Of a stretch of DNA of 64,000 nt, positions 39,933 to 48,840 are shown one piece after another. Under the pieces are notes generated by a model that saw only the letters and a list, made by a program, of their open reading frames with translations, was not told where the DNA came from and ran no database searches. The position numbers were made by a program, and so were the translations under genes. Positions within the stretch are counted from its first letter, which is position 1. Every line of letters begins with the position of its first letter. Source of the DNA: an uncultured delta proteobacterium (GTDB lineage Bacteria; Desulfobacterota; Binatia; Binatales; Binataceae); NCBI GenBank assembly GCA_963842085.1, contig CAWJET010000001.1, positions 1,568,001 through 1,632,000 of the forward strand. The letters run 5' to 3'.

Positions 39933-41459
39933 CTACACCACGGCGCCGGTCAAGGTGAGGCGAATACGCGCAACCCACTCGGCCCGCTGTGATTTTGTCA
40001 ACAAAATCAAAGCCGCCACTAACCAATAGCCGCCCGCCGCGGCCGACATTTGCCACCCCATGGTAAACCATTCCGCCGCACCAAAGCGCGCAGCGAAGAC
40101 GTAGACAGATATTCCGTAGGGCACTCCGAGCAGTACCGGTTGAATGAAGGCGAGAATCAACTCCCAAGGCTTGGTATTAAACAGTTGCGCCAGCAATAGA
40201 GGAAGCCACCAGATACTGACGGCACAAAACGCGACTAGCGAGCCCAACACTGGGCCGATTATTCCGAATTTATAGGTAAATGCGATGCTCGCGGAAAGAT
40301 TCAGGATAGTTTGTGATGAAGTAATGGGTAAGATGGAACGCACCTGTCCGGTGCTGTTCACCACCCAGGTCCACAGCGAGAAAGTCGCAAGTAACAAAGC
40401 GTTGACCGCTGCAATTATAGTAAGCGCGTTGCCCCCGTAGCGCGAAGATCCAACCCAGCGCTCGACGAAAAAGTGATTATAGGCCACGACTGGTACAAGA
40501 CCGCCAACTGCTAAGATTGCGACCAGGTGGGTCAACTCGATTAGTCGAGCGTTGAACTGCTGATTCTTTCCCTGGTTGTGCAGTTCGGTCAGGGCGGCCC
40601 AACTCGCTCCGCCGACGGCCTGCAATTCCCGCGTCGCAATGCTGGTAAGTCTTTGCGTGATGAAGAACGGCACCACCACGGCCGGTGACAATACGTAGGC
40701 GATGATGATGTTGTCGGTGAGGTAGCTGAATCGGCCGCAGAGATTGAACACCAACCCCGGCCAGCGCAGTTCCGAGATCGCGGCTTGCGTCGTCTTGTCA
40801 GAGGCCGCCCGGATAGCGCCTTTGAGCAGGCCGGGCAGTCGCGCCTTTTCGGCGATCGCAAGGGCCAGATTGAAGACTACCGTACCGAGCAGCATCGCGA
40901 TCGCTTGACCCGTGATGCCCCAGCCAAGCCACGCCAGGACAATTGAGAGACCGGTCACGAGCGCCCACTGCACCACCAGCAGAGTGTTTATCCAATAGCC
41001 GCGCTGCTCGACCTGAGCGAGAATGCGAAGCGCCGAAAACGGCAGTAGTGAGGTGCCAAGCACCCCGATCAGCCATGCAACCCTAAGGTCCTTCACGTAG
41101 TGGGTGCCAACCGGTATCAGATGGGCGATCACTGCCGTGGCCGCGCCGCCTACCGCGATCATCAGTAGTGCCACGCGCCAGTAGAGGCGCAGCGCTGCGA
41201 ACAGGACCTGGCGCACTGCGCCCTCATCGCCGTTGCTGCAGGCACGTGCGAGCAGGGCCTGAATTGCCTCACCAATTCCGAACTCCAAAAGCGCCAGGTA
41301 TCCGGCCCACTCGGCAACGGTCTCAAACGCTCCGAATCGCTCGTCGCCGAGCCAGTGCAAAATCAGCGGCGTCGCGACCATCGCCACCAGCAACGTGACA
41401 ATGGTCAGAAATTCCTGACTCAGGAACGTCCAGATCGATCTTTGAGTTCTCCGGCTCAT
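39933..41459 (-). CDS. wzx: Polysaccharide flippase
   Basis: 508 aa, about 12-14 TM. TPLILHWLGDERFG, LLEFGIG, TDNIII. Inside the EPS operon. Confidence 0.85.
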   Translation of the reverse strand: MSRRTQRSIWTFLSQEFLTIVTLLVAMVATPLILHWLGDERFGAFETVAEWAGYLALLEFGIGEAIQALLARACSNGDEGAVRQVLFAALRLYWRVALLMIAVGGAATAVIAHLIPVGTHYVKDLRVAWLIGVLGTSLLPFSALRILAQVEQRGYWINTLLVVQWALVTGLSIVLAWLGWGITGQAIAMLLGTVVFNLALAIAEKARLPGLLKGAIRAASDKTTQAAISELRWPGLVFNLCGRFSYLTDNIIIAYVLSPAVVVPFFITQRLTSIATRELQAVGGASWAALTELHNQGKNQQFNARLIELTHLVAILAVGGLVPVVAYNHFFVERWVGSSRYGGNALTIIAAVNALLLATFSLWTWVVNSTGQVRSILPITSSQTILNLSASIAFTYKFGIIGPVLGSLVAFCAVSIWWLPLLLAQLFNTKPWELILAFIQPVLLGVPYGISVYVFAARFGAAEWFTMGWQMSAAAGGYWLVAALILLTKSQRAEWVARIRLTLTGAVV

Positions 41460-42427
41460 TGGCTATGTTCCCGCGCATCCGTCGCGCGAGACACGCACAG
41501 CGCCTTCAGAAAGCCAGTCCTGATCAGGTGCGCCATTCCCTCCTCGTAAAGCAGCGGCCGGAAAAAACCCGGGTAGTGCTTACAGACAAGGTCATCCTTC
41601 AACCCCGGCCGTGTGCTCACCAGATAGGAGTCGGGTAGCAGTCCGACGCCGTAAGCGCTGGAGCATAGCGCGTGCAGGGTTTGTTCGCTGACCCAGGCAT
41701 CAGCGAAGAGTTTCGGGTTTTTCAACCAACGCTCGATAGACTCGAAGTCGATCGACTCGCGCCGGACTAAGAACAGCCCGGAGTTGACGTAAGGCTGCGG
41801 CACGACCCCGAGCTCGGATTCGCACTCCTGAGGGGTGAGCGAATACCAATAGTTCTCGTCCCGGTTGTAATAATTCTTCCGCAGCTGGTCGGCAGGCACA
41901 CATAGTTCAGTGGGTCTGCGGAAGAAAACGATGTCGGAATCGACCGAGATGATGCAGTCAGCGTCGGACAGCAAGAAATAATCCAGTAGTTTACGAGTTG
42001 CGACGTTGCGCAGACGATAGCTCTGGCAGCGTTCGAGCCCGCGCGCACTGAGCAGCTCCGAGACCCGGGCGTTCGACTCCTGCTCGAGGACTAGATGACA
42101 ATCGGGAAAGTGTTGCTGCAACGCGTCAAGGTTTGCCGGCCTTAGGCCACCGTCATGAATATACAGCGGATAGTCGACTCCCGCGAAGTGATAAAAGCTC
42201 TTAAGAGCCCATACAATGTTGACCCAGTCGCGCCACCAGGTGAGCACTCGCACCTCGACCGGGCCGCGGCGGGCCGTACGCACGGGAGGCGTTTTGAGAA
42301 TCTGACGTTGAATCCGGACGCGTCGCCAGGCCGGTCTTAGACCTTCGCGCCAGGTCCACCTTGCATCGAGATAAAGCGGTTGGCGGCCGACCCAGGTCCG
42401 TAATGCTGACAAGGCTGGCATGCGCAT
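41456..42427 (-). CDS. Putative GT-A fold glycosyltransferase
   Basis: WALKSF, IHDGG, RKLLD, DxD motif VDSDIVF, NSGL, WVSEQT. Start chosen at MRMPAL. Confidence 0.7.
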   Translation of the reverse strand: MRMPALSALRTWVGRQPLYLDARWTWREGLRPAWRRVRIQRQILKTPPVRTARRGPVEVRVLTWWRDWVNIVWALKSFYHFAGVDYPLYIHDGGLRPANLDALQQHFPDCHLVLEQESNARVSELLSARGLERCQSYRLRNVATRKLLDYFLLSDADCIISVDSDIVFFRRPTELCVPADQLRKNYYNRDENYWYSLTPQECESELGVVPQPYVNSGLFLVRRESIDFESIERWLKNPKLFADAWVSEQTLHALCSSAYGVGLLPDSYLVSTRPGLKDDLVCKHYPGFFRPLLYEEGMAHLIRTGFLKALCVSRATDAREHSQ

Positions 42428-42553
42428 TATCCCTGGTCGGCAGTGCTGGGGTGAAGGCGCGGACCGGGGGCGGGCGTGCTGACCAATCTCGCGCTGCCGT
42501 GGCAGCTGACCGCGCACCCGCTATCGATTGACAGCCTACGAGCTCGGGCGGAT

Positions 42554-43762
42554 TTAGACATAAGTCTCCTTAGCTGGGCGACTGAATTCGGCCGAACCTT
42601 TCATGATCCGGGCGTAGATTTCTTCCAGTTGCTGTGCTGCCGGCGTGGGATTGAAGGCGGCTTCGAGCAACCCGCGTGCGGCGCGCCGACGACTGTTTTG
42701 CTCCTCCGGATTCAGCAGCAGTTCGACGGTTCGATCGATCAGGCCCTGGTCGTCATCGGCCAAAGCGGCGTGAATCCCGTCGGCAGCGGGGATCCCTTCG
42801 ACCCCCTCGGTGGTGGTCACTACCGGAATTCCGTAAGCCATAGCCTCGAGCACTTTGACCTTCACTCCGCTGCCTCGCTCGGGGGCATAGAGGAGTACGC
42901 TCGCGCGGTCAAAATAGGGCTTCACGTCGGGGACGTTTTCGAAGACGTCGACATTGGGCAGGTCGAGATAGTTTTTAAGGACAGCGCGCGCCGACCAACC
43001 CACGATCTGAAAACGTGCATTCGGAACACGCCGGCGAATCTCTGGATAGAGCCTGGTTAGTAAGCGCTCGGCGCCGGATCGTGAAGGATACCAGCCCATC
43101 GAACCAATGAGGCTCACCGTAGGCTCCTTGGAGCGGCGATCGTCGGCGAGGAAAGGATAAAGTGTCAGGTCCAGTCCAATCGGCACAGTCGTCACATCCG
43201 CCGCCGGGTTGATCTTCACGATCGCTTTGGTCAGTCGCCCAGACAACGACCGGAAATACTTGAATGCGCGCAACAGACGATACTCGGTACGCCGAAGCAA
43301 GGCATACTCAATTCGGTCCTTGAGGTTTTGGCGACGCGTGCTCAGATCGATTTGAGACAGATAGTGAACGCTGATGAGAGTTTGATCGACATGATCGAGT
43401 GCCAACCAGCCAGCCAGCAGTTGCTCGAGATGAAGAATGTCGCAACCGGATTCGAGGTGGCGCTCGATATCCTCGCGCACACCGTCCCCTAGCATGTACG
43501 AGAAGGGCTGCCCAAGTCCATTCAGCTTGTTACGGATACCCGCCCGTGAAGGGTGCAGGTAGCAGCGCAGATCGCACGGCGACTTCCGAAACAGCTCGGC
43601 TGCCTGGGCGACTTCCTCGGGCCGGCTACAGGTGGCGAAGGCCTTGACCACATGACCCCGTTCGATGAGGCCTTGGATGAGCGAATAATAGATTCGCGCC
43701 GCCGCGCTACCGAATGGTAGCGGTGGTTCAAGCATGACGAGGCCGATCTGCAATGGACGCAC
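42554..43762 (-). CDS. Glycosyltransferase family 4
   Basis: IGSMGWYPS, GSGVKVKVLEAMAYGIPVVTTTEGVEG. Confidence 0.9.
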   Translation of the reverse strand: MRPLQIGLVMLEPPLPFGSAAARIYYSLIQGLIERGHVVKAFATCSRPEEVAQAAELFRKSPCDLRCYLHPSRAGIRNKLNGLGQPFSYMLGDGVREDIERHLESGCDILHLEQLLAGWLALDHVDQTLISVHYLSQIDLSTRRQNLKDRIEYALLRRTEYRLLRAFKYFRSLSGRLTKAIVKINPAADVTTVPIGLDLTLYPFLADDRRSKEPTVSLIGSMGWYPSRSGAERLLTRLYPEIRRRVPNARFQIVGWSARAVLKNYLDLPNVDVFENVPDVKPYFDRASVLLYAPERGSGVKVKVLEAMAYGIPVVTTTEGVEGIPAADGIHAALADDDQGLIDRTVELLLNPEEQNSRRRAARGLLEAAFNPTPAAQQLEEIYARIMKGSAEFSRPAKETYV

Positions 43763-43767
43763 TTGCT

Positions 43768-44901
43768 TCAGTTGGTCAAACAGCCCACGAAATCGGCGGC
43801 CATATCCCGCCAGGTATATCGACGCAGTTGGTCCCCCAGCTGCCGGATCTGGGAGCGGTAGTAGTCGGAATCTGAGCGCCAGAGTCTGATCCGATTGGCG
43901 AGCTCGGCGTCGTCGTCAGGATCATCCAACAGCAGCGGCTGCAGACTCGGCGGGTAGCGCTCGGCTACGCCAGCGGTCTTGGTGACAAACGCCGGCAGAC
44001 CGGAACACAGCGCTTCGTGGACTGCCAGCCCATAGGCTTCGTATCTACTGGGCGCCACCAGCGCATCAGCGGCGGACAGAAGTTGCGCCACGTCACCGCG
44101 ACGGCCCAGAAAGTGAATGATTGAGTCGATCCCGGCGCTTTCGGCACGCTTTTTCCATAGCGGAATTTCGGCGCCGACCCCGACTACCATCAACTCGCTA
44201 TTTGCACCCGGTCCTTGGCCCAGTCTGGTCCATGCTCGGAACAGGGTGTCGAAACCCTTGCGCTCATCGCCCAACCCTCCGATGAAAAGCACTATCGTTC
44301 GATCACCGGACCAGTTGAGTTCACGACGGATCTTACCTCGCTCCTCGGCTCCAACCGGCCGGAAGAGGTTTGGATCGACGCCGTAGTAGATGGGCCGGAT
44401 CCGCTTTTCATCGATGTTGAGGTTTTCGACCAAGTCCGCCTTGGTGCGCTGCGAGTTGGCGACGATCGTCCGCGCCGAGCGGATCACTCTGCGCTCTTTT
44501 TGCTTTGAGAGTTGCCGGTACAGCTTGTTCTTTTGACGCAACAGCATCGTTGCGCCCCCGCCGTCAGCGTATGCCGCGTGGAGGTAGTGCACCCAGTTTA
44601 CATCTCCCCATTGGCAATTGCTGCCGTTGACGACGACCCTGACTCCGCGGTCGCGCAGCCGGTTTGCCCACCAGCGTCCAGCTCGGTCGAGCAGCGGTTC
44701 GCCGGCCATGTAAGAGTCGAACGGTTTTGGTACCCGGTGAAAGACTAAATTGTCCATTTCTAGGAGCTCGGAGTCGACCCGGTGAGCAACGATGTGGGTC
44801 TCGACCTTGGAGTTCGCGAGATAAGTCGCCAGTGCGTGGTTTGCGCGATCCATCCCGCCGGTTTTCACAAAGTCGCCGCTGATGAGAAGAAAGGGCCTCA
44901 T
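43768..44901 (-). CDS. Glycosyltransferase family 4
   Basis: Start MRPFLLISGDFVKTGGMDRAN overlaps the upstream stop (ATGA). RKGFD, PSRYEAYGLAVHEALCSGLP. Confidence 0.9.
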   Translation of the reverse strand: MRPFLLISGDFVKTGGMDRANHALATYLANSKVETHIVAHRVDSELLEMDNLVFHRVPKPFDSYMAGEPLLDRAGRWWANRLRDRGVRVVVNGSNCQWGDVNWVHYLHAAYADGGGATMLLRQKNKLYRQLSKQKERRVIRSARTIVANSQRTKADLVENLNIDEKRIRPIYYGVDPNLFRPVGAEERGKIRRELNWSGDRTIVLFIGGLGDERKGFDTLFRAWTRLGQGPGANSELMVVGVGAEIPLWKKRAESAGIDSIIHFLGRRGDVAQLLSAADALVAPSRYEAYGLAVHEALCSGLPAFVTKTAGVAERYPPSLQPLLLDDPDDDAELANRIRLWRSDSDYYRSQIRQLGDQLRRYTWRDMAADFVGCLTN

Positions 44902-46325
44902 CCAGAATTTCCCCCAGCTCTTCGCCGAGCCTCGCTGCGCGCGGCCGCAAACAAAATGGCGTTCAGCAACCAGAATTCGAGTCCGCGTTGTGAGATGAAG
45001 AAGGCGTAGTCGAAGGTGTCGGCTAGCGCGCTGATATCGTATGCGACCATCAGCGCGCCGAACACGCTCAACTGCGCATTGCCAGGATCGAACGTGATCT
45101 TGAGCGCGACCTTGAGCGCTATGCAGAGTGCCACCAGGTAAGTGAGAACGAGCGGTATGCCACCGTCTAACAACCACCCGGTCCACTGGATCTCGACCCA
45201 TTCAGGGGGGCTCGCGAGGTTCAGATGGTCGCCAAAGTACTGATATGTCATTCCCCAACGACCCAAACCCGCGCCGAGGGGATACTTTGGAAGGTAGATG
45301 TCTAGGGTATAGGTCAGAAAGTGGCCGCGGTTCGCGTAGTAGACATCGCTGGTACTCTGGCCCTCGAATAGGGTCGCGAATCGGTCGCTCACGCTCTTGC
45401 GCGCGATCGACAACGCCAGCACCGATCCGATCACGATTACGGCCGCTACCACCGCTGTTAGAAAGGCCAGCTTGATCTGGCGCCGATGCCTTGCGAAGCG
45501 TCGCGGTCGTTGCGCTAGCTTCATTTTGAGCCAGAACAACAGACCCAGAAAGATTGTGGAACTAAGCGCGGCCATAACCAGCACCGACCGCACCTCGGAC
45601 AAGCCAATCGCTGCGAGGCCAGCCGCCATGGTGACGGCAAACAGCAAACGGTGCTTGGGGCGAGACTCCGTCACCAACAAAGCCATGCTGAGCAGCAGAG
45701 CGTAAAAGCCTCCGACCGCGGCGCCGCCCGGTATGTCGGTAAGCCCCATCGGGCGAAATACGCTTTCGCCGCTGTTGGTCCGAATCATGAGGCTCTTCAG
45801 GTAGTCATAGCCGCCGCCCGCGAACTGGGGCGCGAGCGCCGGCTGGAAGTGCCCGGGAAAGAGTACCTGCAGCACGCCGAACACAGAGCTCAACGCGTAA
45901 AATCCCCACAGAATGAGGAGAACTCGATTCATCGCGTCGGTATCGACCGACAGTGCCGGCACCCAGAAAAGTGGTCCCAGGATTGCGGCGTAGAGAGCAA
46001 TCTGTGCGATACCGGCTTCCCAGCTGTTGGTCGTCGGGTTGAACAAGGAGATAGTCAATAGGAAGAGAATTACCAGGGCCACGACGGCGCACGGGTGACG
46101 CTGCTTGGCCCGGGCGGGGTGGACGATCAGCATGTAGATGCTGGCGCCGAAGGCGGCGATTCGGAACATAAAGCGCAGCGCGCCGAGTTGCGGAACCAGC
46201 AAAGCCAATTGACAAAGGATCTGAAAGCCTGTGAACCATTCGACGCTTTGGACGGCACGAACTCGACTCCGCGCGCGCGGCGCATGGGTGGTGAATTCGG
46301 GTTCTATTTGAATGCTAAATCCCAT
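44898..46325 (-). CDS. Putative Wzy-type polysaccharide polymerase / O-antigen ligase family protein
   Basis: Multi-TM protein with RPMGL, SEVRS and PLGAGLGRWG, within the wza-wzc-wzx operon. Confidence 0.7.
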   Translation of the reverse strand: MGFSIQIEPEFTTHAPRARSRVRAVQSVEWFTGFQILCQLALLVPQLGALRFMFRIAAFGASIYMLIVHPARAKQRHPCAVVALVILFLLTISLFNPTTNSWEAGIAQIALYAAILGPLFWVPALSVDTDAMNRVLLILWGFYALSSVFGVLQVLFPGHFQPALAPQFAGGGYDYLKSLMIRTNSGESVFRPMGLTDIPGGAAVGGFYALLLSMALLVTESRPKHRLLFAVTMAAGLAAIGLSEVRSVLVMAALSSTIFLGLLFWLKMKLAQRPRRFARHRRQIKLAFLTAVVAAVIVIGSVLALSIARKSVSDRFATLFEGQSTSDVYYANRGHFLTYTLDIYLPKYPLGAGLGRWGMTYQYFGDHLNLASPPEWVEIQWTGWLLDGGIPLVLTYLVALCIALKVALKITFDPGNAQLSVFGALMVAYDISALADTFDYAFFISQRGLEFWLLNAILFAAARSEARRRAGGNSG

Positions 46326-46370
46326 CGCTGGTCATCAGATCGCCGCGTCGACTGGCCACGGCTTAGGCGG

Positions 46371-47543
46371 TCAACGTCGGTCAAGACTGAGATCTAGTCC
46401 TCCCGCAGATCGCGGCCGGGTCGCGGATTTGCTTTGTTCGACCACTTCGCCGAGTAACTCGGCCAACCGCGCAATCTGGTTTTGAGGGTCGCACACCGCC
46501 CCTGCGCGTTGTGGTGCGGCCCCTCCTAATCGGGTTCTCAACTCGCAGTCGTCGAACAGTTGCCTAAGGGCCGTGGTCAGGCCTTCCACATCGTCCTTCG
46601 CAAAAAGAATCCCGCATGAGGAGTCGACGATTTCCAGCGCTCCGCCGATCGCGGTCGTGACCACCGGCAAGCCCGCCAACAACGCCTCGGCGAAGACCAC
46701 GCCGAAGGGCTCGGGCCCAGTATTCGGTTGACAAAATATGTCGGCTGCGGCCAGCAACCGTGGAACGTCGGTGCGAAAGCCCGCAAAGCGGACACGATCC
46801 GCAATTCCTTTTTTTGCGGCGAACTGCCTCAGCCGTTCGAAATACACTTCTTCGAACGGTCGCTGCGGTCCGCCGACCATCCAACAGATCCAGTTCGGAA
46901 GGTGGGCAAGATTCTGCAAAGCCTCCAGGTGGAGCAGGTGTCCCTTCCAACTTTCCATGCGGCCGACCTGAATGACTACCGTGGCGTCTAAAGGGGTTTC
47001 GAGCTCCCGGCGCACGAGAGCGGTGGTTTCAGAACTCGCGAGCGAGAGCGGGGCTTCGACCGGACAGTAAACTATCTCAGATCGGGTGTTCGGAAATAGG
47101 CGTCGGCTGCGGTCACGAGTATACCGACTGTTATGGATGATCAAGCTGGGTACACTCCTTCGGGCCCACCTATCGATCCAATGTCGCCCGGTTGTGGCAT
47201 CGTGCATCCAGCACACGAGGCTGACATCGGATGAGGATTGGACGACCGGTCCGAAGACGGCTAGCGGCCAGGTGGCATGGCACAGCACTACATCGATATG
47301 GCGTTCGCGAAGTAGTTGTCTCAGCTTGCGTCTGGCATGAATGATTGTAATCGGCCGGCTGGCGCGCACGCCACCTAATATGTGAACGCTGGCGCCAAGC
47401 GCGCGTAGCTCGCTCGCCAACAGACCTTCGAAACAAACCCCAAACTCGGCTTGCAAGCGAACTTGCCGGTGGCGCGCAAACGTCGTCAACAAGCGTTCCA
47501 CGCCACCATAGAGATTACCTGCGGCAAGATGGAGGACCTTCAT
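46371..47543 (-). CDS. Glycosyltransferase family 4
   Basis: GNLYGGVER, GRMESWKGH, PEPFGVVFAEALLAGLPVV. Confidence 0.92.
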   Translation of the reverse strand: MKVLHLAAGNLYGGVERLLTTFARHRQVRLQAEFGVCFEGLLASELRALGASVHILGGVRASRPITIIHARRKLRQLLRERHIDVVLCHATWPLAVFGPVVQSSSDVSLVCWMHDATTGRHWIDRWARRSVPSLIIHNSRYTRDRSRRLFPNTRSEIVYCPVEAPLSLASSETTALVRRELETPLDATVVIQVGRMESWKGHLLHLEALQNLAHLPNWICWMVGGPQRPFEEVYFERLRQFAAKKGIADRVRFAGFRTDVPRLLAAADIFCQPNTGPEPFGVVFAEALLAGLPVVTTAIGGALEIVDSSCGILFAKDDVEGLTTALRQLFDDCELRTRLGGAAPQRAGAVCDPQNQIARLAELLGEVVEQSKSATRPRSAGGLDLSLDRR

Positions 47544-48769
47544 CTGATAGCGACAGCACCAAGATCCGCGTACGCAGACGTAACTTCGGCACCAAGTCTC
47601 ATTCGATCGAAGCGTCGCTCGGCGGTTGCCCTGGCGGCGCTGCCCAGCTTGGCGCGCAACTCAGGATGCGCTGCCAGTTGGACAATTTGACTCGCCAGGA
47701 TCTCGGCTTGACCAGGCGGATGGCTTAGCGCGTCAAGGCCATCGTTGATCACTTCGCTGACCCCGCCCGCGTAAGCGACTACGACCGGCTTGGCAAGCGC
47801 CATCGCTTCGGCGATTACGAGACCAAACGGTTCCGGTTGCGTACTGGCGTGGACGACAACGTCGAGCGCACGCATGGCCGCGGCCGAATCCGCGATGAAG
47901 CCGGTGAATGCCACCCTGTCGGTGACCCCAAGCCTAAGCGCCAAGTCACGCAATTCGTCGATCGCGTATTGGCTGCCGTCGGTTTGATAGAGTCGACCGC
48001 CTATGATGTAAGCGCGAATTGGAAGCTCGTGCGGAATTTTGGAGATCGCGCGCAAGAAGACGTCGTGACCCTTCCAGCGTGCCATCGCCGCAACCAAACC
48101 GATCTTGATAGTACCGAGTGGAGCCGGTGCAAGGCCTGCAGCCTGGTCCAGATCCGCAATTGGTCCGAGCGGCGAAAAGCTCTCGAGGTTGACAGCGTTG
48201 TAGATCGTTTTGACGCGGAGCCCGTCGCCGCACACCTCCCTAAGATCGTCCGCAACGCTGTTGGAATTCGCAATCGCGCCGGCGCAGCTTCGCGCGTGAA
48301 GGCGGAGCAGCCGCGCCATGACCGGCCGCGAACTGGTGTAGTCATGAATATGCCAGACCACGGGCAACTGAGTCGGTTTGGCCCACACTCCCAGGATATC
48401 CATCTTGAAGCCGTTAGCATGGATCAAATCAGGGGCGACCTTGGCGATCGTGCTGCGCAATTCGCCTAGGTAAGAACGAATGCTAAACAGCGCCCTGACC
48501 GTTCTGGCGAGCAACTCCGCGGTGCCGACCTGACGGCCTGAGTTGCCGCCAGCTCCGGAGTCGCCGAGACGACCCAACGCTGCGGGCAACTTTACGATCG
48601 AGGTCGAGACCTTCAGGGTTTCGGCTTCGGCGACCAACGGTCCGGCATTTGGGACAACCAGATGGAGCGACCATTCGGGTTGGTTGAGCCGCAAGCTTGC
48701 GAGAAAGTCCAGCAAGCTACGCTCCGCCCCGCCCAACTGAGAGGACTGACTTAGGTATAAGATTCGCAT
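47540..48769 (-). CDS. Glycosyltransferase family 4
   Basis: LGGAERSL, RWKGHDVFL, PEPFGLVIAEAMALAKPVV. Confidence 0.92.
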   Translation of the reverse strand: MRILYLSQSSQLGGAERSLLDFLASLRLNQPEWSLHLVVPNAGPLVAEAETLKVSTSIVKLPAALGRLGDSGAGGNSGRQVGTAELLARTVRALFSIRSYLGELRSTIAKVAPDLIHANGFKMDILGVWAKPTQLPVVWHIHDYTSSRPVMARLLRLHARSCAGAIANSNSVADDLREVCGDGLRVKTIYNAVNLESFSPLGPIADLDQAAGLAPAPLGTIKIGLVAAMARWKGHDVFLRAISKIPHELPIRAYIIGGRLYQTDGSQYAIDELRDLALRLGVTDRVAFTGFIADSAAAMRALDVVVHASTQPEPFGLVIAEAMALAKPVVVAYAGGVSEVINDGLDALSHPPGQAEILASQIVQLAAHPELRAKLGSAARATAERRFDRMRLGAEVTSAYADLGAVAIR

Positions 48770-48840
48770 TGACTGTTCAGGCCTCTGCTCAGCTTTCGTC
48801 CGCGCTGCTTCGAAATCAAAGTTGCAAAGCTAGTCGGGTA